A stretch of 32,562 nt of DNA from Candidatus Heimdallarchaeota archaeon (GCA_019057635.1 DXJL01000172.1:1-32562), one strand, 5' to 3'. Shown: positions 16,999 to 27,285, counted from the stretch's first letter. The notes: generated by a model not told the origin, from the sequence alone. Made by a program: numbers and translations.

Positions 16999-17688
16999 TT
17001 GATGAATTTTCAAAATTGGAGACGTGGCGCGTTTATACTTGTTTTTCTTGGAGCTGGTATATATATTATCTTAACACTAGCAGCAATGCTTATATATCCG
17101 GGAGGTACATATACGAACCCTGATGCATCAGGTTATTCATTTTTAAATAATTTTTTTAGTGATTTAGGCCGAACAATGGCGCATTCAGGTAAATCGAATA
17201 CCATTGCATGGTTTCTATTTACAGCTTCCATCTTCACAATTGGAATCGTCATGATACTATTTTACGCTGCATGGATCAGTTTGTTTCAAGATGAGGCTTC
17301 AACTTATCGATTATCCCAGGTGGGATCAATTTTTGGCATAATTGCCGCCATAGGATTTATTGGAGTTGGATTAACCCCAGCGGATTTATTACTAGATCTT
17401 CATATTTTTTCTGTACGAATAGGGTTTATTTCTACCTTTATTGCAGCAATTATCTATTCAATTGTTTTGTATAAGCAACCAACTTATCCACGTGTATATT
17501 TGTATACATTACTCACATTTGCAGGCATTTCTTTCCTATATATCATTCTATTGTTTTTCGGACCTTCTGCAGAGACATCTGAAGGATTGTTCATTCAAGT
17601 CGTGGGGCAGAAAATGATTGTCTATATTATGGTAGTTGTATTTTCCATCCAAGGGTATGGCGCTTTGAATATCTCCACTTCCACATGA
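16999..17688 (+). CDS. Six-TM membrane protein (DUF998-like)
   Basis: YPGG...YSF..NFFSDLG and G.IGVGL.P.D.....H motifs. Confidence 0.7.
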   Translation: MMNFQNWRRGAFILVFLGAGIYIILTLAAMLIYPGGTYTNPDASGYSFLNNFFSDLGRTMAHSGKSNTIAWFLFTASIFTIGIVMILFYAAWISLFQDEASTYRLSQVGSIFGIIAAIGFIGVGLTPADLLLDLHIFSVRIGFISTFIAAIIYSIVLYKQPTYPRVYLYTLLTFAGISFLYIILLFFGPSAETSEGLFIQVVGQKMIVYIMVVVFSIQGYGALNISTST

Positions 17689-17702
17689 AATGAGATAGTT
17701 TT

Positions 17703-18339
17703 CTATCTAGTTAGGAGCTTGAAGGCCATTTCTGATCCATAACCTTGTTGATAAGCCATAGAAATCCATAGCATTCCCAATAGTTCTAGGTAGCGTGCTT
17801 GGGTCAAGGGTCCGACATCTACAACATTGAATCCTAAATCGTTTGCAAGCTCACCCACCACTTCCTTTGAGCTTGCATCATCTCCACAAATAAATGCATC
17901 TGCACATATTCCATTGAAGTCTAAGTTTCCCAAAGTACCCATACCAATACTGTTGAATGCTTTGACGACATGAGCTTGTGGGAATAATCGTGTAATTTCC
18001 TCTGCTGCAGAAGTGCTCAAACCTACTGATAATCCCTTCAATTCTGGTAGAACAGGATTTGTACAGTCAATAATAATTTTATCGGAGAGGTCTCCAAGTT
18101 GACGAGCTACTTCATCTATACTGGAATACGGAATTGCTAATACAATTATCTCTGAATAGTCACCTATTTCATTAACAGGTCTTCCGTGAATTTTAAACGG
18201 ATATTTTTTCTTTTAGTTTTAGAAAATTTGGATTCTGTTTATTATGTAAACCATAGCGTATTTCACGGCCTTTTTCTACCTATTGTTGACCTAAGATTTT
18301 GTCAACATTACCTACACCAATAATACTTATTTGTTTCAT
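17703..18339 (-). pseudogene. NADPH-dependent F420 reductase-like oxidoreductase, disrupted
   Basis: From ATG 18339: MKQISIIGVGNVDKILGQQ*VEKG..., with TAG at 18280-18282 and a frameshift near the A6 run at about 18204-18209. It continues IIVLAIPY...IIIDCTNP...SAAEEI...VVKAFN...CGDD...DVGPL..ARYLE. Confidence 0.85.
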
Positions 18340-18669
18340 AGTGACTGCAAGTAGCGAGGAGTACAAATACGTACTTCTGAGGATTTCGGAAAAACGAAAA
18401 AAAGCCATTTATTCCTACATAGGCGATGATATCCTCCTCAGATGCGATGAAAGATTGAATAAATATTTTTAAAGTTACATCTGGATTGAAAAATTGACAC
18501 CAATTCTTTGTTATTCATAACTATTTAGAAATCCAAAGAATTAATCGAAAATTCATTGAATCCTTAAGGTAATTGGACTGTAAATACAAAAGAGGGTTGT
18601 TTGGTTACCTTTAAGTTTACAAATATAAATCACTAAGCAGTTTTCATAAAATAAACTGTAATTTATGAG

Positions 18670-19158
18670 ATGAGTAGTATGGTTGAAATAGATCACGGAT
18701 TTACCACAGATATGAAATATGCGATTGTAGGAACATTTACTGGAGGACTATCCAGCAAAGGATTTCGACTTTTCAAATCAGGGTCGGAAGACTCTTGGTA
18801 TTGTGTTAATAAGGTTTATCCTGTTGTTGAAGATAAAGAATCAGTAGAAGGTGAACCTACTTATCCTACACTAAAATCTCTTCCTGAACCAGTAGATGTA
18901 GTCATCGTAGTCCACAAGAAAGAGTTAACAACTGAGGTTGTGAAAGAAGCGGCCAATTTAAATCCAAAACCAGCAATCTGGTTTATGCCAGGAACGATTT
19001 CAAAAGAGAGTATTGCGATCTGTGATAATAATGGAATGAGCTATGGGTCATCTTGTATGATGGGTCATAGAAAAATACCCGGACTTAAACGATTTGTAAA
19101 TATTCATTTTTTCCATTCTAAAGTCAGTGGGATGAATCGCATTCCTAAACAATGTTAA
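18670..19158 (+). CDS. CoA-binding domain protein (YccU-like)
   Basis: VYPV...VEGEPTYPTLKSLPEPVDVVIV and AIWFMPG. Confidence 0.8.
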   Translation: MSSMVEIDHGFTTDMKYAIVGTFTGGLSSKGFRLFKSGSEDSWYCVNKVYPVVEDKESVEGEPTYPTLKSLPEPVDVVIVVHKKELTTEVVKEAANLNPKPAIWFMPGTISKESIAICDNNGMSYGSSCMMGHRKIPGLKRFVNIHFFHSKVSGMNRIPKQC

Positions 19159-19415
19159 TAAATGATTCTCGTAGGAGAAAATGACTTGACAACCCCTTTT
19201 TTTTGAAACGAAACCGTGACATTCTTCATTTCCTCAACCAAATAAGTATGACACTCATCCAAATAATGTGTCTTATTCCGATAGCTGGGTACGTTATAAA
19301 CTAGGAGCGTAAGGGGGTACTTGAAAGTGACCACCCTCTTTTGTGGAGAAATTATCTCAACATAGGTTGGAGTTGAAAACCCATTCCCCCTTCGAAGTAT
19401 ACCAAGAAACTTCCG

Positions 19416-19814
19416 ATTCGTGACATTTACGTAATCCATGAATCAGGTTTATGTTTGGTATCGAGGCACTATTTTACTGGGGATTCAGAGCCAAATATGA
19501 TCAGTGGATTTCTTATCGCTATGGCGAACTTTGCTGAAAGAATCATGGGAGAAGCAATTCAAGAAATAAAACTCGATCAACATCTAATAATCTATAAAAT
19601 TATTAGACCTATTCTTGTAGCAATTGTTACAAATCCACAACGTGTAACTAAACGAAAATTAAACATGTTAATGAAAGTGATCTTGACCCAGTTTTTTGAA
19701 GAATATGCAGGGTATCTCCAAGAAGGATTAATTGAACCTAGTATATTTTCTGAATTCGAGGGTTCCCTTGATAATATGCTAAAAGTTTGTTTTGCCATGA
19801 AACAAATAAAATAG
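19416..19814 (+). CDS. Stand-alone longin-like domain protein (start uncertain)
   Basis: In-frame upstream IRDIYVIHESGLCL, then MISGFLIAMANFAERI, IQEIKLD and F.EEY, resembling Asgard longin/AP-sigma-like folds. Confidence 0.7.
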   Translation: MRDIYVIHESGLCLVSRHYFTGDSEPNMISGFLIAMANFAERIMGEAIQEIKLDQHLIIYKIIRPILVAIVTNPQRVTKRKLNMLMKVILTQFFEEYAGYLQEGLIEPSIFSEFEGSLDNMLKVCFAMKQIK

Positions 19815-19834
19815 CGAAAAATGCTAATTTTTAT

Positions 19835-20134
19835 CTAAGCTGCTAATGAATCTAACAAACTGATTATAGCAATTAGAATCCCCACAATAAATACTCCAGT
19901 CCAAGCTAATAACTTGACAACGTTATCTCCTAATCCTACTGGAAGATATGGAGTGAAAAAAGGTATATTTTTAACTGCTAGCAATACCATTGCTATAGCT
20001 AATAAGATAATTGCTCCTAATATTGCTAATAAAGAAATTGCATAAAGAGGATTGTCCTTGTTGAGTGTTCCTGGCATTATCATCAATGTAATTGCTACTA
20101 AAACAACGTAAAGGATTGATTCTTTTTCTTCCAT
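19835..20134 (-). CDS. Small 3-TM membrane protein
   Basis: Three hydrophobic segments; AGGTG ribosome-binding site upstream. Confidence 0.65.
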   Translation of the reverse strand: MEEKESILYVVLVAITLMIMPGTLNKDNPLYAISLLAILGAIILLAIAMVLLAVKNIPFFTPYLPVGLGDNVVKLLAWTGVFIVGILIAIISLLDSLAA

Positions 20135-20161
20135 TTTTTCACACCTTATGTAAGTTGAATT

Positions 20162-20452
20162 TCATATGAGATTGATCTGTCTAGAAGATTTACTTAAAAT
20201 AAATTCAATCTTATTTTTTCCATATCGCTTAATACCTTTCTGCCAAAGATCTTGTGAATAAGCTATGACTCTTTTTCTGAAATATATAGCTAACGCAAGA
20301 AGAATCACACTTGGAATTCCAATCATACCTATATACAAATTCGGGATACTTGAGTTTAAAGGAGCTGGATCATCACCACCCGACCAGCCATCATTATCTG
20401 TGTCAGAATCTAGAGGATCAGTTCCAATAGAAAATTCTTCTGAATCATTCAA
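20162..20452 (-). pseudogene. C-terminal fragment of a surface protein with a TSP3-like Ca-binding repeat and TM anchor
   Basis: NGLNDSEEFSIGTDPLDSDTDNDG..DPAPL then a TM helix and RKR. No signal peptide, and the frame begins mid-repeat. Confidence 0.55.
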
Positions 20453-20615
20453 ACCGTTTGTGTTCGGTACTATACACTAATTCCCTTATAAGATCCGATA
20501 AAAATACAAGCGATAAAGTCTAAAAAAAAGGAATCCCTTAGGAATATTTATTCTCAAAATCCTCCATTAAAAGCTTTATAAAGGATGATCTTCCCTAAAA
20601 GAGGTTGATTTTGGA

Positions 20616-23600
20616 ATGCAATCTGAGCGTGAAAGAATGTCTGATAAAAACCCTAATATTTTTAAATCAGCTCTAATCATACTTTTTTTAATATTTACTT
20701 TGATTCTTAATTCCTCATTACCTAGCACCTTTGAGATAAGTCATAATACTGATATAGAGAGTTTACTTTCAAACAATACTTCTCATGCAAAGGTTAAACC
20801 TCCTTCTGAAAGCATTAAGGATGGTCCTTTTGAATTTATGTTCCCTGAAGATCCTACAGCGGAATTTCAAGCAAAAGTCACTTCTCATGGACCTTCAACT
20901 GAAAAACCATCTCAAACCGTTGGTACGATTAATATTGCTGTAATCTTAATCGAATTCAAAGGATTGAAACATTCATCTGGTTATACACCTAATTATTATA
21001 GAAATTTGCTCTTTAATCATAATAATCCTAAAAGTACAGCAAGTTATTACTATGAAAATTCCTATGGAAAACTCAATATATCAGGGGAGATACTAGGCAA
21101 TAAATGGTTTCAATCTGTTTATTCTAAGCAATATTGGGGTGAAGATAATGGTTTAGTATTCCCCAATGTGGATAATAAAAATGACCACATTTATAATCTC
21201 GTAAAAGAAAGTGTTCTACTAGCTGACCCAGCTACTAATTTTAGTAGATATGATGCAGATGGAGATGATAAAGTAGATCATCTTTTAGTCATTCATGCAG
21301 GTGATGCTCAAGAACAAGCGGGAGGTCTCGCAGAGGATATTTGGTCACATAGATGGTGGATTCCAACTGGATGCCTGGTAGACGGTGTAACTGTAAAAGA
21401 ATATACAATGTGTGCCGAAACATCCCCAATAGGAACATTTGTTCACGAATTAGGCCATGATATAGGAAATTTACCCGATCTTTACGATGCAGATTATACC
21501 TCTGACGGAATTGGAAAATGGGGGGTGATGGGTTCAGGAGCTTGGAATTATAATGATACAGTAGGGTCAGGTGAGAAACCTGGTGATACCCCCGCTCAAT
21601 TTTGTGCCTATTCCAAGATTAAAATGGGATGGGTGATTCCTAAAATCGTCACCATCAATACTCCTAGTCTAATACTGCCCGCTATAGAAATTACAAGTAA
21701 AGGAAGTGTTTTGAAAATATTTCTCTCAAATGCTTCAAAAAGTGTAACTTTGAAAGAGTATTTTCTGGTGAGTTATCGGACACAGGTAGGTTTTGATAAA
21801 TTTATACCTGGTACTGGTATCCTTATATGGCATATTGATGAATGTTCCTTGGAAGAAGAAAATAACAATGAATACCGAAAACTTGTGGATTTAGAAGAAG
21901 CTGATGCTATTGTCGATGGATGGGAGCAGTTAGACTATTATAATAGTTCTCCTATCAATGCTACTATTCCAGATGATGAAGGTTCTCCTACGGATATCTG
22001 GTACCCCCTAAGTACTTTTTCTCATAGTTCTTTCCCAAATAGTGACAGCAATGGCGGAGTCTTCACAAATATACAAATTAATATCACGGGGGTGAATACA
22101 ATCGATATCGGAGTAACAGATGATCCTTTTCCGTGGGATTATACCCTTCAACTCATGAGTCAATCCTCCCCTTCTTTCATTGATGATGAACCAGCAATTG
22201 TAGAACATGGATCCCGTACGTTCGGAGTTAGTAGAGAATTTTCCGTCGTCTGGCATACAAATCGCTCTGGAAATCGTAATATTTGGGGTTGTCAAACTCT
22301 AGACGCAGGATTAACTTGGAAAACTCCTGTGGCAATAACCACAAATTCTGCAACTGATTTAAGTCCTTCAATGATTGTCGCTTCCCCACCAGCTTTTTGG
22401 ACTGGAATTTATGAAGCAGATCGGCCAATACAAAGTTGGCAGCTCGGCCCCAATGCTAGACCACCTCCTCATTTTGTAGTCGCATTCGTATCAGATCGTA
22501 CGGGTGATCCAGAAATATTTGTGACACTGAGTGACGATTTCTATACATGGAGCCACCCTGTTCAATTAACCAATAATACAGGGGCCGATGTTGACCCATG
22601 TTTAGTGCAAACGTCTTCTGGTATCGGTTTATTTTGGGCTGCTTATTCAAATGGAGATTTTGAAATATGTTTTATGGAAAATATATGGAATACTTCTAAT
22701 ATTGTCCAAATCACACAAAACTCATTTTTAGATCGTGGCCCCTCCTATTGTCGAACTCGAAATAATACACATTTACTAGCATATGAACACAATTCAGGAG
22801 GAAATTCAACAGTCCACTTACTTAGAACTAATGATATTTTATCATGGCCTACAACTTCTATTACATGTACCAGTCCAACTGTGGTTTCTACAGAAGTATC
22901 TTTACTTGAACGGGACGATCACACATTAGTTCTTACTTTTACGAGAATAAATCCGAACTTTGAAGAAATTCATCAGGTAATATCTTCTAATTGGATTCAT
23001 TGGAGCCCACATTTGGTAATGGGATTTCTTAAGAATGCTAGTAGTCCCAGTGTCATTGAAGCAGAATGTGGTTCTTTATTCATGAGTTATAGCTCGTACA
23101 ATTACTCACAGATTCACCATGTGTATCTAGTGCATACGACTCAATGTTTCAGGTTTGGAATAGGAATAAAATACCCCAGTGATACTGGGTCATCCTTTTT
23201 CGATCCCTATCGAGTTGAACAAAATAATGAATGGGTATATTCTGGAGACATGCAACTAAACGAATCCGATTTCGTTGCGGCCTCTGGGAATATTAACATT
23301 ACTTTTTATGATACACATAATACGGAGACTGAAGATGACGATCAGGGTATGGACTCACGTTCCTTTGATAATTCTGAGCCTTTTATTAATATTGATCCAG
23401 TCGTAGGGGTCGGAATTTTTAATATTTCATCCTTCCTCTTACCAATTCCTGCAGATTTGACGTTAGCTCAAACTTATCGTCTTGAGGTTGAATGGGGATA
23501 TACAGGTTTGGACTTTGAGTTTCACTCTGTGTCAGCATCAATGTATTTTGAAATAATACCACCAGATGATCATATTGTGTTCTCTGCAAATGATCCTGAA

Positions 23601-24461
23601 CCAACAACCTTCGATTCACCTTTTATTACACAATTCTCAATTTTAAAGGGACTGATAAGTTATGGAGTGGAATCAGTGACCTTGATGTACTATGACACTC
23701 AGGAAACAGCGGACATAGATGATGATCGACTTTATTCCCACGAAACATTAGTTTTCACTGAGATAGCAAAAAGATCAGGTGAATGGGCCGCTAAACTTCA
23801 TAATTTACAAGATAATCAAATAACACGAGTTGTCGCTATAGTAAATGGTATTCATCCTAGAATGAAGCACACGTTGTTCATTGAAAAACATCCAGAAGAT
23901 CGGATTCCACCTATACTTGCCCTAATAAGCCCCTTTGAGGGGTATACTACACACTCCTCTATAACATTCTCTGAATCTATCATCGATCCCTATACTATTG
24001 ATCCCTATAATTTCAATTACGGAGTGAATGAATCATCGATAAAATTCTCTTATAAAATAGTGGATCCAGAAAGTTACGAAAACCAAACAGAGTGGATAGA
24101 TGTACATTATGATCCCGCTAATAGTAGTTGGAAAAAGCTAGTTGATGTATATAATTTCACATTGACACTAAATCCTAATATTAAACCAATTATCATTTTA
24201 TTTTATTGGACAGCTTCAGATCTAGCAGAAATTCCTAATGTAGGTACAGATCGAAATCCAGAGAATCCTCATATCATATTTTTCTTATCAGAAACAATTA
24301 CCGTCTTTACTACCTATCTTGAATCATTAATTCCAACGACAACGTTGACTACAACATCTGTAGGCACTAACGGCTTTAGTCTGGGAATTATTCTCGCAAT
24401 GTCAGTCTTTACAATAATCATTTATCACTCGAGAAAGAAAAAAGCTAAAAAATCACAATAA
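20616..24461 (+). CDS. Secreted M6 family (immune inhibitor A-like) metalloprotease with a propeller-like repeat domain and CTERM anchor
   Basis: Signal/TM; YYENSYG, IHAGDAQE, IWSH, HELGHD..LPDLY, WGVMGSG; repeated W..P..(I/L)T.N...D..P units; TNGFS-TM-RKKKAKK. Confidence 0.9.
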   Translation: MQSERERMSDKNPNIFKSALIILFLIFTLILNSSLPSTFEISHNTDIESLLSNNTSHAKVKPPSESIKDGPFEFMFPEDPTAEFQAKVTSHGPSTEKPSQTVGTINIAVILIEFKGLKHSSGYTPNYYRNLLFNHNNPKSTASYYYENSYGKLNISGEILGNKWFQSVYSKQYWGEDNGLVFPNVDNKNDHIYNLVKESVLLADPATNFSRYDADGDDKVDHLLVIHAGDAQEQAGGLAEDIWSHRWWIPTGCLVDGVTVKEYTMCAETSPIGTFVHELGHDIGNLPDLYDADYTSDGIGKWGVMGSGAWNYNDTVGSGEKPGDTPAQFCAYSKIKMGWVIPKIVTINTPSLILPAIEITSKGSVLKIFLSNASKSVTLKEYFLVSYRTQVGFDKFIPGTGILIWHIDECSLEEENNNEYRKLVDLEEADAIVDGWEQLDYYNSSPINATIPDDEGSPTDIWYPLSTFSHSSFPNSDSNGGVFTNIQINITGVNTIDIGVTDDPFPWDYTLQLMSQSSPSFIDDEPAIVEHGSRTFGVSREFSVVWHTNRSGNRNIWGCQTLDAGLTWKTPVAITTNSATDLSPSMIVASPPAFWTGIYEADRPIQSWQLGPNARPPPHFVVAFVSDRTGDPEIFVTLSDDFYTWSHPVQLTNNTGADVDPCLVQTSSGIGLFWAAYSNGDFEICFMENIWNTSNIVQITQNSFLDRGPSYCRTRNNTHLLAYEHNSGGNSTVHLLRTNDILSWPTTSITCTSPTVVSTEVSLLERDDHTLVLTFTRINPNFEEIHQVISSNWIHWSPHLVMGFLKNASSPSVIEAECGSLFMSYSSYNYSQIHHVYLVHTTQCFRFGIGIKYPSDTGSSFFDPYRVEQNNEWVYSGDMQLNESDFVAASGNINITFYDTHNTETEDDDQGMDSRSFDNSEPFINIDPVVGVGIFNISSFLLPIPADLTLAQTYRLEVEWGYTGLDFEFHSVSASMYFEIIPPDDHIVFSANDPEPTTFDSPFITQFSILKGLISYGVESVTLMYYDTQETADIDDDRLYSHETLVFTEIAKRSGEWAAKLHNLQDNQITRVVAIVNGIHPRMKHTLFIEKHPEDRIPPILALISPFEGYTTHSSITFSESIIDPYTIDPYNFNYGVNESSIKFSYKIVDPESYENQTEWIDVHYDPANSSWKKLVDVYNFTLTLNPNIKPIIILFYWTASDLAEIPNVGTDRNPENPHIIFFLSETITVFTTYLESLIPTTTLTTTSVGTNGFSLGIILAMSVFTIIIYHSRKKKAKKSQ

Positions 24462-24563
24462 TGTTTCATGTTCGAATATTTTCGAAATCATGAGTATCTA
24501 TTCATCAGGAGAGCAGGAAAATCAAAATCATCAGTGTTTGGGATATCCCAAGAAGATCCGATT

Positions 24564-24679
24564 CAAGTAGTCCCAATGGAAAGCAACCATTCTCTTGTTG
24601 CTCACCTGCCGGATAGCGAATGTGTGACTCATCCTGTCCAGAACTATTTGCTAAATAGTTGTCTGACAAATTTAGTCAT
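24564..24679 (+). ncRNA. Orphan omegaRNA scaffold plus element right end (copy B)
   Basis: Homologous to 15837-15951 over about 115 nt; no recognisable TnpB RuvC or Zn-finger coding sequence upstream. Confidence 0.65.
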
Positions 24680-25109
24680 GTTTAACTAATATACATACAG
24701 TTTGCGAGGTCGTAGGGGGACTTCGTCATTGTAATCTGTTTTCCTTCTCAATTGGACTATCACCAATAAATGCACATTTATTTGCTCATATTAATCTAGA
24801 TGGATAATATCAATCGAATGGCTCGTTAAGCAAATGTCTATGTTTAGATTGCCAAACGGAGGATACTCTGATGGAAAACCTTAAAAACTCATCTCTCTCT
24901 TACATTACCCGAAGGATTAAAAAGCCCCAGAAGATTCTGTTCTATTTTGAAATCAATTTCATCACTAGTTAGGTAATAAAGCCGTTCAGCTTTTTCTTTT
25001 CTCTAGATAAATCATCAGAGAATAATCCCCTGCGGAGTATTGTTTCATTCTAGTTTATTAAGGTGTATACGTATTGGTCACTTGATAAATATGGAAGTGG
25101 AAATTTTTT

Positions 25110-25316
25110 ATGTTTAATCCAGATTTCTGGGAAAATCTAGATCATCGATTAGCATTTTACGATCAATTGTTTGCAGAATGTAAGAAAGAGGAGAATTCTT
25201 TCTCCGAAAATCAGGATAAATCGGAAAGACTTCAATACGAAGACAAACTTGATCATTTTATTCAATTGAAGTATTTTTATGATGTTATGTACTTCAATAT
25301 TCGATCCTCATTCTGA
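25110..25316 (+). CDS. Hypothetical small protein or gene fragment
   Basis: ATG ORF of 68 aa with protein-like composition; no motif recognised. Confidence 0.35.
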   Translation: MFNPDFWENLDHRLAFYDQLFAECKKEENSFSENQDKSERLQYEDKLDHFIQLKYFYDVMYFNIRSSF

Positions 25317-25384
25317 TAACTCACCGTTCTGAAAGACTTACCCAAAATGGACAGCAAGGAATAATTTGGAAAGATTATTCTTAA

Positions 25385-25790
25385 CTATCTTTGGAGCTGT
25401 TCTTCCTGATTCAGCGACGCGAGCCAGCAGTAATGCCGGTCTTACCGCCTCTCCACAGGCGTTTAAGGTCTCCGCAGAACTCTCGGCGACAGGATATACA
25501 CATGACGTTCCTGATTAATTCGCAGCTTTTCTTCTTATAAACCTACTAAGCCCTGGAATCTACAACAAATTTGCTTGTTTCCCGTTATTCTCATATCAAG
25601 ACGTTACCTAGCGCGTCATTTTAGGTATAATCCCATGAGATCGATTGAACACTCTGTTAATCATGTATTTAATCTCTACCCCCTTCTCCTAAGATATTCT
25701 GCCTTCTATTTCTCTTCTTTCCTTAATGTCTTCTTGTCCTATTTGTCTATAAATGTCCATATCTGTCAATCTATCCGACAACAGTGTTGA
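25385..25790 (-). mobile_element. Internally deleted IS607-like element (second TnpB family)
   Basis: The minus strand encodes ...YPVAESSAETLNACGEAVRP... and GAATCAGGAA, typical of a tnpB 3'/omegaRNA region. The other end has TGTC repeated at 25727, 25735, 25744, 25754 and 25764. Boundaries are approximate. Confidence 0.6.
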
Positions 25791-26059
25791 CCCCTCGCAG
25801 TATGTTATTCAGAGTATTTTTTGTCTCTAAACTCTTCTCTTTATATCATAAGGGGTGGTTTTCTAAAACCAAATTTAATTCCTCTAGGGCAAGTAATAGC
25901 AAGAAATTGGATCTTTCTTATAATATTTCAAGTAGCTATTAGGGTTGATTGAAAGAAACAGCTAGGCAGAGAGCAGGTCATGTCACTAGATCAATTATAA
26001 TATATACACCAAATTTATTAACTCTATCATGAGAGAAACTTTTCGAAATGTGATTTATT

Positions 26060-26557
26060 ATGAGTGATAGTGCAAGTTTGATAAAATTGGGATATAGAGG
26101 GATTGGAGGATTTTTCGTTGGATTAATAATGTTTACACTTGGAGTGACAGGGTTTGCCTTAGCACTTGCGGGTGGGATAATTTTGGCATTATCTTGGATT
26201 CCTCTGGTGTTTCCTGAGGTTGTGAATTCTATGACTATAGAAGGAGTAGGTGCACAAATTTTCATTGACAACCCTGGATTAGTAACCCCATTATTGATCG
26301 TAATTGGGATTATCTTGGTAGCTGTTGGATTTCTATTGTTATTACTCACATATAGTATGGGAAAGGGTGCCATTATCGTTGATAAAGAGATTTCATCTTC
26401 AATTGATAGAAACTTTCGTTCAAAAGATCGTATCAGTCAACTAGAAAGGCTAGGGGCGCTAAAAGAAAAGGGAATATTAACCCAAGAGCAATTTGAAGCT
26501 GAAAGAACAAAAATTCTAAACGATCCATCTAACGAGAAGTTTAAAGTCATTAAATAA
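26060..26557 (+). CDS. Membrane protein with a C-terminal SHOCT domain
   Basis: Two to three TM segments, then QLERLGALKEKGILTQEQFEAERTKIL. Confidence 0.85.
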   Translation: MSDSASLIKLGYRGIGGFFVGLIMFTLGVTGFALALAGGIILALSWIPLVFPEVVNSMTIEGVGAQIFIDNPGLVTPLLIVIGIILVAVGFLLLLLTYSMGKGAIIVDKEISSSIDRNFRSKDRISQLERLGALKEKGILTQEQFEAERTKILNDPSNEKFKVIK

Positions 26558-26697
26558 CATCTAAATTAACCTAGTTAAGTAGATATATTCATAAAGTATG
26601 AATATCTCTGGATTCAGGTTGATTCTTTTTTTCCATGCTTAGCAAAGATCTAGATCCTCAAAATTGACATTTAAAAGAGAAAGAGCAGAGATGTAAG

Positions 26698-27285
26698 TTA
26701 TAGAGGATCATTAATCATATTCATGATTTTCCTTAATTCGCCTTGGATTATTGGATCGTTGTCTCCAACACTACTGATTTTATCCCAAGCGTCGAGAGTC
26801 AATCCAAATTTCTGTAGACGATCAGGAAGAAGTAGACTCCACCGATACATCCCCTCCTGAAAAGTAGAAGCATTTTTTAGAATTATCTGGTACTCGATTG
26901 CTAATTGGAAGAACACTTTCAATGAAGCAGGATCAAGGGTCGCATTTTCAAGGTGAGGAAATAGAAATTCAAGGGGTAGGTTTTGGGACACCAATCTAGA
27001 CTGAACTTTCTCTGCCCCAAGATCCTTTCTTATTAGATTAGAAATTTTTGGAAGAGAAGCGAAATCCCCATACATTTCTTCAAAGCTTAGTGAACTTATT
27101 CTATTTGCTAAATCAGTAAGATCTTCTCCAAAATTATGCATTAAATCATCTGGAATGACAGATTTAATCTCGCGATCTTTTGTAAGCGGTTCTTCATTCC
27201 CGCAATGAGGACAAGGATGAGATTTATCCATCTTCATTACATAATTATGGCACGAGCGACAAACGGGTAATATTTTTACCTCCAA
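26698..27285 (-). CDS. Hypothetical protein with an N-terminal zinc ribbon
   Basis: CRSC-x12-CPHCG at the N-terminus. Confidence 0.7.
   Translation of the reverse strand: MEVKILPVCRSCHNYVMKMDKSHPCPHCGNEEPLTKDREIKSVIPDDLMHNFGEDLTDLANRISSLSFEEMYGDFASLPKISNLIRKDLGAEKVQSRLVSQNLPLEFLFPHLENATLDPASLKVFFQLAIEYQIILKNASTFQEGMYRWSLLLPDRLQKFGLTLDAWDKISSVGDNDPIIQGELRKIMNMINDPL

Noticed and set aside
18280-18282. In-frame TAG as possible pyrrolysine or read-through
   Set aside because: It falls at a likely Trp codon (TGG to TAG), and the gene also has a frameshift and a broken nucleotide-binding motif.
18358-18442. Possible structured RNA (TCTGAGGA/TCCTCAGA inverted pair)
   Set aside because: A single 8-bp stem with no second copy or recognisable RNA family; insufficient support.
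19155-19439. 94-aa minus-strand ORF
   Set aside because: No motif, and it overlaps the conserved N-terminal part of the longin frame on the other strand.
24468-24689. 73-aa ORF
   Set aside because: Its second half is the omegaRNA/right-end remnant; probably not a functional protein.
25575-25790. 71-aa ORF
   Set aside because: Antisense to the IS607-like remnant with no motif.
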